A DNA stretch of 63,177 bases from Candidatus Omnitrophota bacterium (GTDB lineage Bacteria; Omnitrophota; Gorgyraeia; B26-G9). Every line of letters begins with the position of its first letter. Positions within the stretch are counted from its first letter, which is position 1. The notes under the pieces are model-generated. The model made no database searches. It saw nothing but the letters and a program-made list of their open reading frames with translations, and was not told the origin of the DNA. Both the position numbers and the translations under genes were made by a program. Shown piece by piece: positions 62,005 through 63,177 of this stretch. The stretch lies in NCBI GenBank assembly GCA_043806135.1, contig JAZDHG010000073.1, forward strand, positions 1 to 63,177, given 5' to 3'.

Positions 62005-63177
62005 ACATAATAATTCATCGCGGAACTCATCAAATAGGCGGTAGTTGTGTCGAACTGCAAACAGCCAATACTAGAATACTGCTCGACTTCGGAATGCCGC
62101 TGCAAGATGCAACTGGTTATGATTTTAACGAACGCAGCATTGAAGGCAAGTCAGTTGAGAAGCTTATAAAAGAAAGAATCCTTTTTGATATAAAGGGACT
62201 TTATCAAGATTCTGAGCCATCTATAGATGCTGTTCTTATTTCTCACTCCCATAAAGATCATTATGGGTTCCTGCCGTATATTAATCCAAAAATCCCGGTT
62301 TATATGAGTAAAGGTGCTTATGAATTAGTGCAGGCGCTTAATGTGTTTTTACCCAACCAAACTAACATTAATAATCCAGTCTTTTTGCGGCACAATCGAC
62401 CAGTTAAAATAGGCGGATTCCAAATTAGACCATATCTGGTTGATCATTCTGGCTTTGATGCCATGGGATTTTTAATAACAGAAGTCTCAACAGGGAAAAC
62501 AATACTTTATACCGGAGACTTTCGTGCAGGTGGCTGGACCAGGAAAAGATTTGATGATTTTATAAGCAAACCACCTAAACGTGTAGACTGTTTATTGATG
62601 GAAGGTACTATGCTTGTCCGAGAAGGAGGCAAATATCCAGATGAACAGGCAGTTGTTCAAGGAGTTGTTAGTGCCATTAAAGAAAGTGCAAATGCAGTTA
62701 TCCCAGTCTATTGCTCAGGACAGAATATTGACCGTATTGTTTCATTGTATAAGGCTGTACTTAGGACAAAATCACTTCTGGTGCTAGATCCCTATACCGC
62801 ATACATGCTCAAAATGGCAGGTAAGATATCAGAACGTATTCCGCAGATTGAATGGGATAGTATACGGGTATTCCTTGCCGATTATGGCCATGGAGATATT
62901 TATGTTAAAAAGATATCAAAAACTAAAGACAGCGAAATGATGATCAGTCTTGGCAGAAATAAGATAAAAGCTTTTGATTTTGCTAATCTTAAGCAAAAAG
63001 CATTACTTTTAATGCGTAATACCATGATCCCAGTAGTAGAGAAAATCCCCCAGATCCAAGGTTCAACGCTTATCTACTCGCAGTGGCAAGGGTATATTAA
63101 AAAAGATACGCCTGATACAGCAAAATTCTGGAGCTTTGTTAAGCGTAATAAATTAAAAGTAGAACATATCCACACCA
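62001..63177 (+). CDS. MBL-fold metallo-hydrolase (possibly beta-CASP-like nuclease), 3' end beyond the window
   Basis: MNIIIHRGTHQIGGSCVEL and the HxHxDH motif LISHSHKDHYG (62244-62261) are present. The frame stays open to the window edge, so the ORF is absent from the ORF track. Confidence 0.8.
   Translation, partial: MNIIIHRGTHQIGGSCVELQTANTRILLDFGMPLQDATGYDFNERSIEGKSVEKLIKERILFDIKGLYQDSEPSIDAVLISHSHKDHYGFLPYINPKIPVYMSKGAYELVQALNVFLPNQTNINNPVFLRHNRPVKIGGFQIRPYLVDHSGFDAMGFLITEVSTGKTILYTGDFRAGGWTRKRFDDFISKPPKRVDCLLMEGTMLVREGGKYPDEQAVVQGVVSAIKESANAVIPVYCSGQNIDRIVSLYKAVLRTKSLLVLDPYTAYMLKMAGKISERIPQIEWDSIRVFLADYGHGDIYVKKISKTKDSEMMISLGRNKIKAFDFANLKQKALLLMRNTMIPVVEKIPQIQGSTLIYSQWQGYIKKDTPDTAKFWSFVKRNKLKVEHIHT

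Larger units (their letters stand above)
45142..63177. mobile_element. Probable integrated island next to tRNA-Gln carrying recombinase and defence genes (right end beyond the window)
   Basis: Housekeeping synteny stops at gltX and tRNA-Gln. A large serine recombinase, DUF2924 and an Xis-like HTH follow, then restriction-modification and abortive-infection-type genes. No att repeats were identified. Confidence 0.5.

Overview
This is an AT-rich window from a diderm bacterium: it carries a LpxL-type acyltransferase, secretins and a Wza-like exporter. It uses the standard genetic code, since TAA, TAG and TGA all terminate well-supported genes and prfB has the classical UGA +1 frameshift. I cannot place the lineage from sequence alone. 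The window has three parts. (1) Housekeeping and envelope genes lie at 0.4-11.5 kb and 28.7-44 kb: MGDG-synthase-like GT, LpxL-like acyltransferase, GT2, pcm, priA, fmt, a tandem GalT-like pair, gap, pgi, lexA-orf95-dinB, tRNA-Leu, a GT39/ArnT-like protein, prfB, xseAB, dxs and gltX. (2) A tightly coupled co-directional operon lies at 11.8-28.4 kb. It encodes a MerR-like HTH, an ExeA/MshM-like ATPase, a bitopic ExeB/GspC-like protein, two paralogous secretins each followed by a coiled-coil protein with the same TPR cap, a K/E-rich secreted protein, an HD-GYP phosphodiesterase, two more long coiled-coil proteins and a Wza-like exporter. No pilin, GspE/PilB ATPase or platform gene is present, and I rate this the most unusual system in the window. 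(3) From tRNA-Gln (45.07 kb) to the window end lies a probable integrated island. It carries a large serine recombinase with DUF2924, an Xis-like HTH, an SNF2 helicase, two type III Mod paralogs with swapped target-recognition domains (TRDs), Res, an RloC/PrrC-like AAA_13 ATPase, a PD-(D/E)xK-like protein and an MBL-fold hydrolase truncated by the window edge. The spacers also hold several unexplained repeat families: strictly phased 7-11 nt word repeats just after stop codons, a ~110-150 nt element present twice with compensatory hairpin changes, and a 4 x 28 bp tandem array. No CRISPR array or rRNA was seen.
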